Source of the DNA: Tubiluchus corallicola
Lineage: Eukaryota; Animalia; Priapulida
Assembly: GCA_030141605.1 (NCBI GenBank)
Contig: JAQGDQ010002386.1
Location: forward strand, 124,001 to 188,000
Direction of reading: 5' to 3'
DNA: 64,000 bases
Below are positions 63,840 to 64,000 of the stretch, one piece after another. The position numbers and the translations under genes are program-made. Below the pieces are notes generated by a model. It saw only the letters and a list, made by a program, of their open reading frames with translations. It made no database searches and was not told the origin of the DNA. The first letter of the stretch is position 1. Every line of letters starts with the position of its first letter.

Positions 63840-64000
63840 TTATGTTTTCAAATTTATTAACAATGCAAAATATATAATTATGCTGACAATAGGCCGTTAT
63901 AAGCAGGACAGAATGTGCTCCAAACATTAAACAAACTAGATTCTAATTGTAGCAAAGTGTTGAACTGGTTTGAAGATAATAGCATGAAAGCAAATTCAGA
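63840..64000 (+). mobile_element. LINE RT fragment truncated by the window end
   Basis: NYADN...LDSNCSKVLNWFEDNSMKANS resembles the YADD...WFxxNxMxAN region of L2/CR1-group RTs. Confidence 0.55.

Overview
AT-rich animal (invertebrate-like) genomic DNA with three spliced host genes and many transposon relics. (1) The 3' part of a PPM1H/J-type PP2C phosphatase gene (+, exons from 1309) whose last conserved exon either stops at 6665 or splices in frame to a 298-aa acidic, repeat-containing tail exon (8414-9311). (2) A complete Rab23 gene (+, 8 coding exons, 31936-39404, 227 aa, one GC-AG intron). (3) A complete UBE2W gene (-, 6 coding exons, 63527-44773, 148 aa), tail-to-tail with Rab23. The 15.9-kb first intron of UBE2W is a nest of retroelements. 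The most notable is a full-length 7.0-kb BEL/Pao LTR retrotransposon (53081-60081; 286-bp LTRs differing at 3 positions; CTAGG target-site duplication). Its gag carries an N-terminal SAP domain and an intronless captured glycogenin (GT8) domain, in frame apart from a single 1-nt indel. That domain keeps the DxD and metal-binding His but lacks the loop carrying the self-glucosylated acceptor tyrosine. All calls come from manual reading and recalled family motifs; no searches were run.
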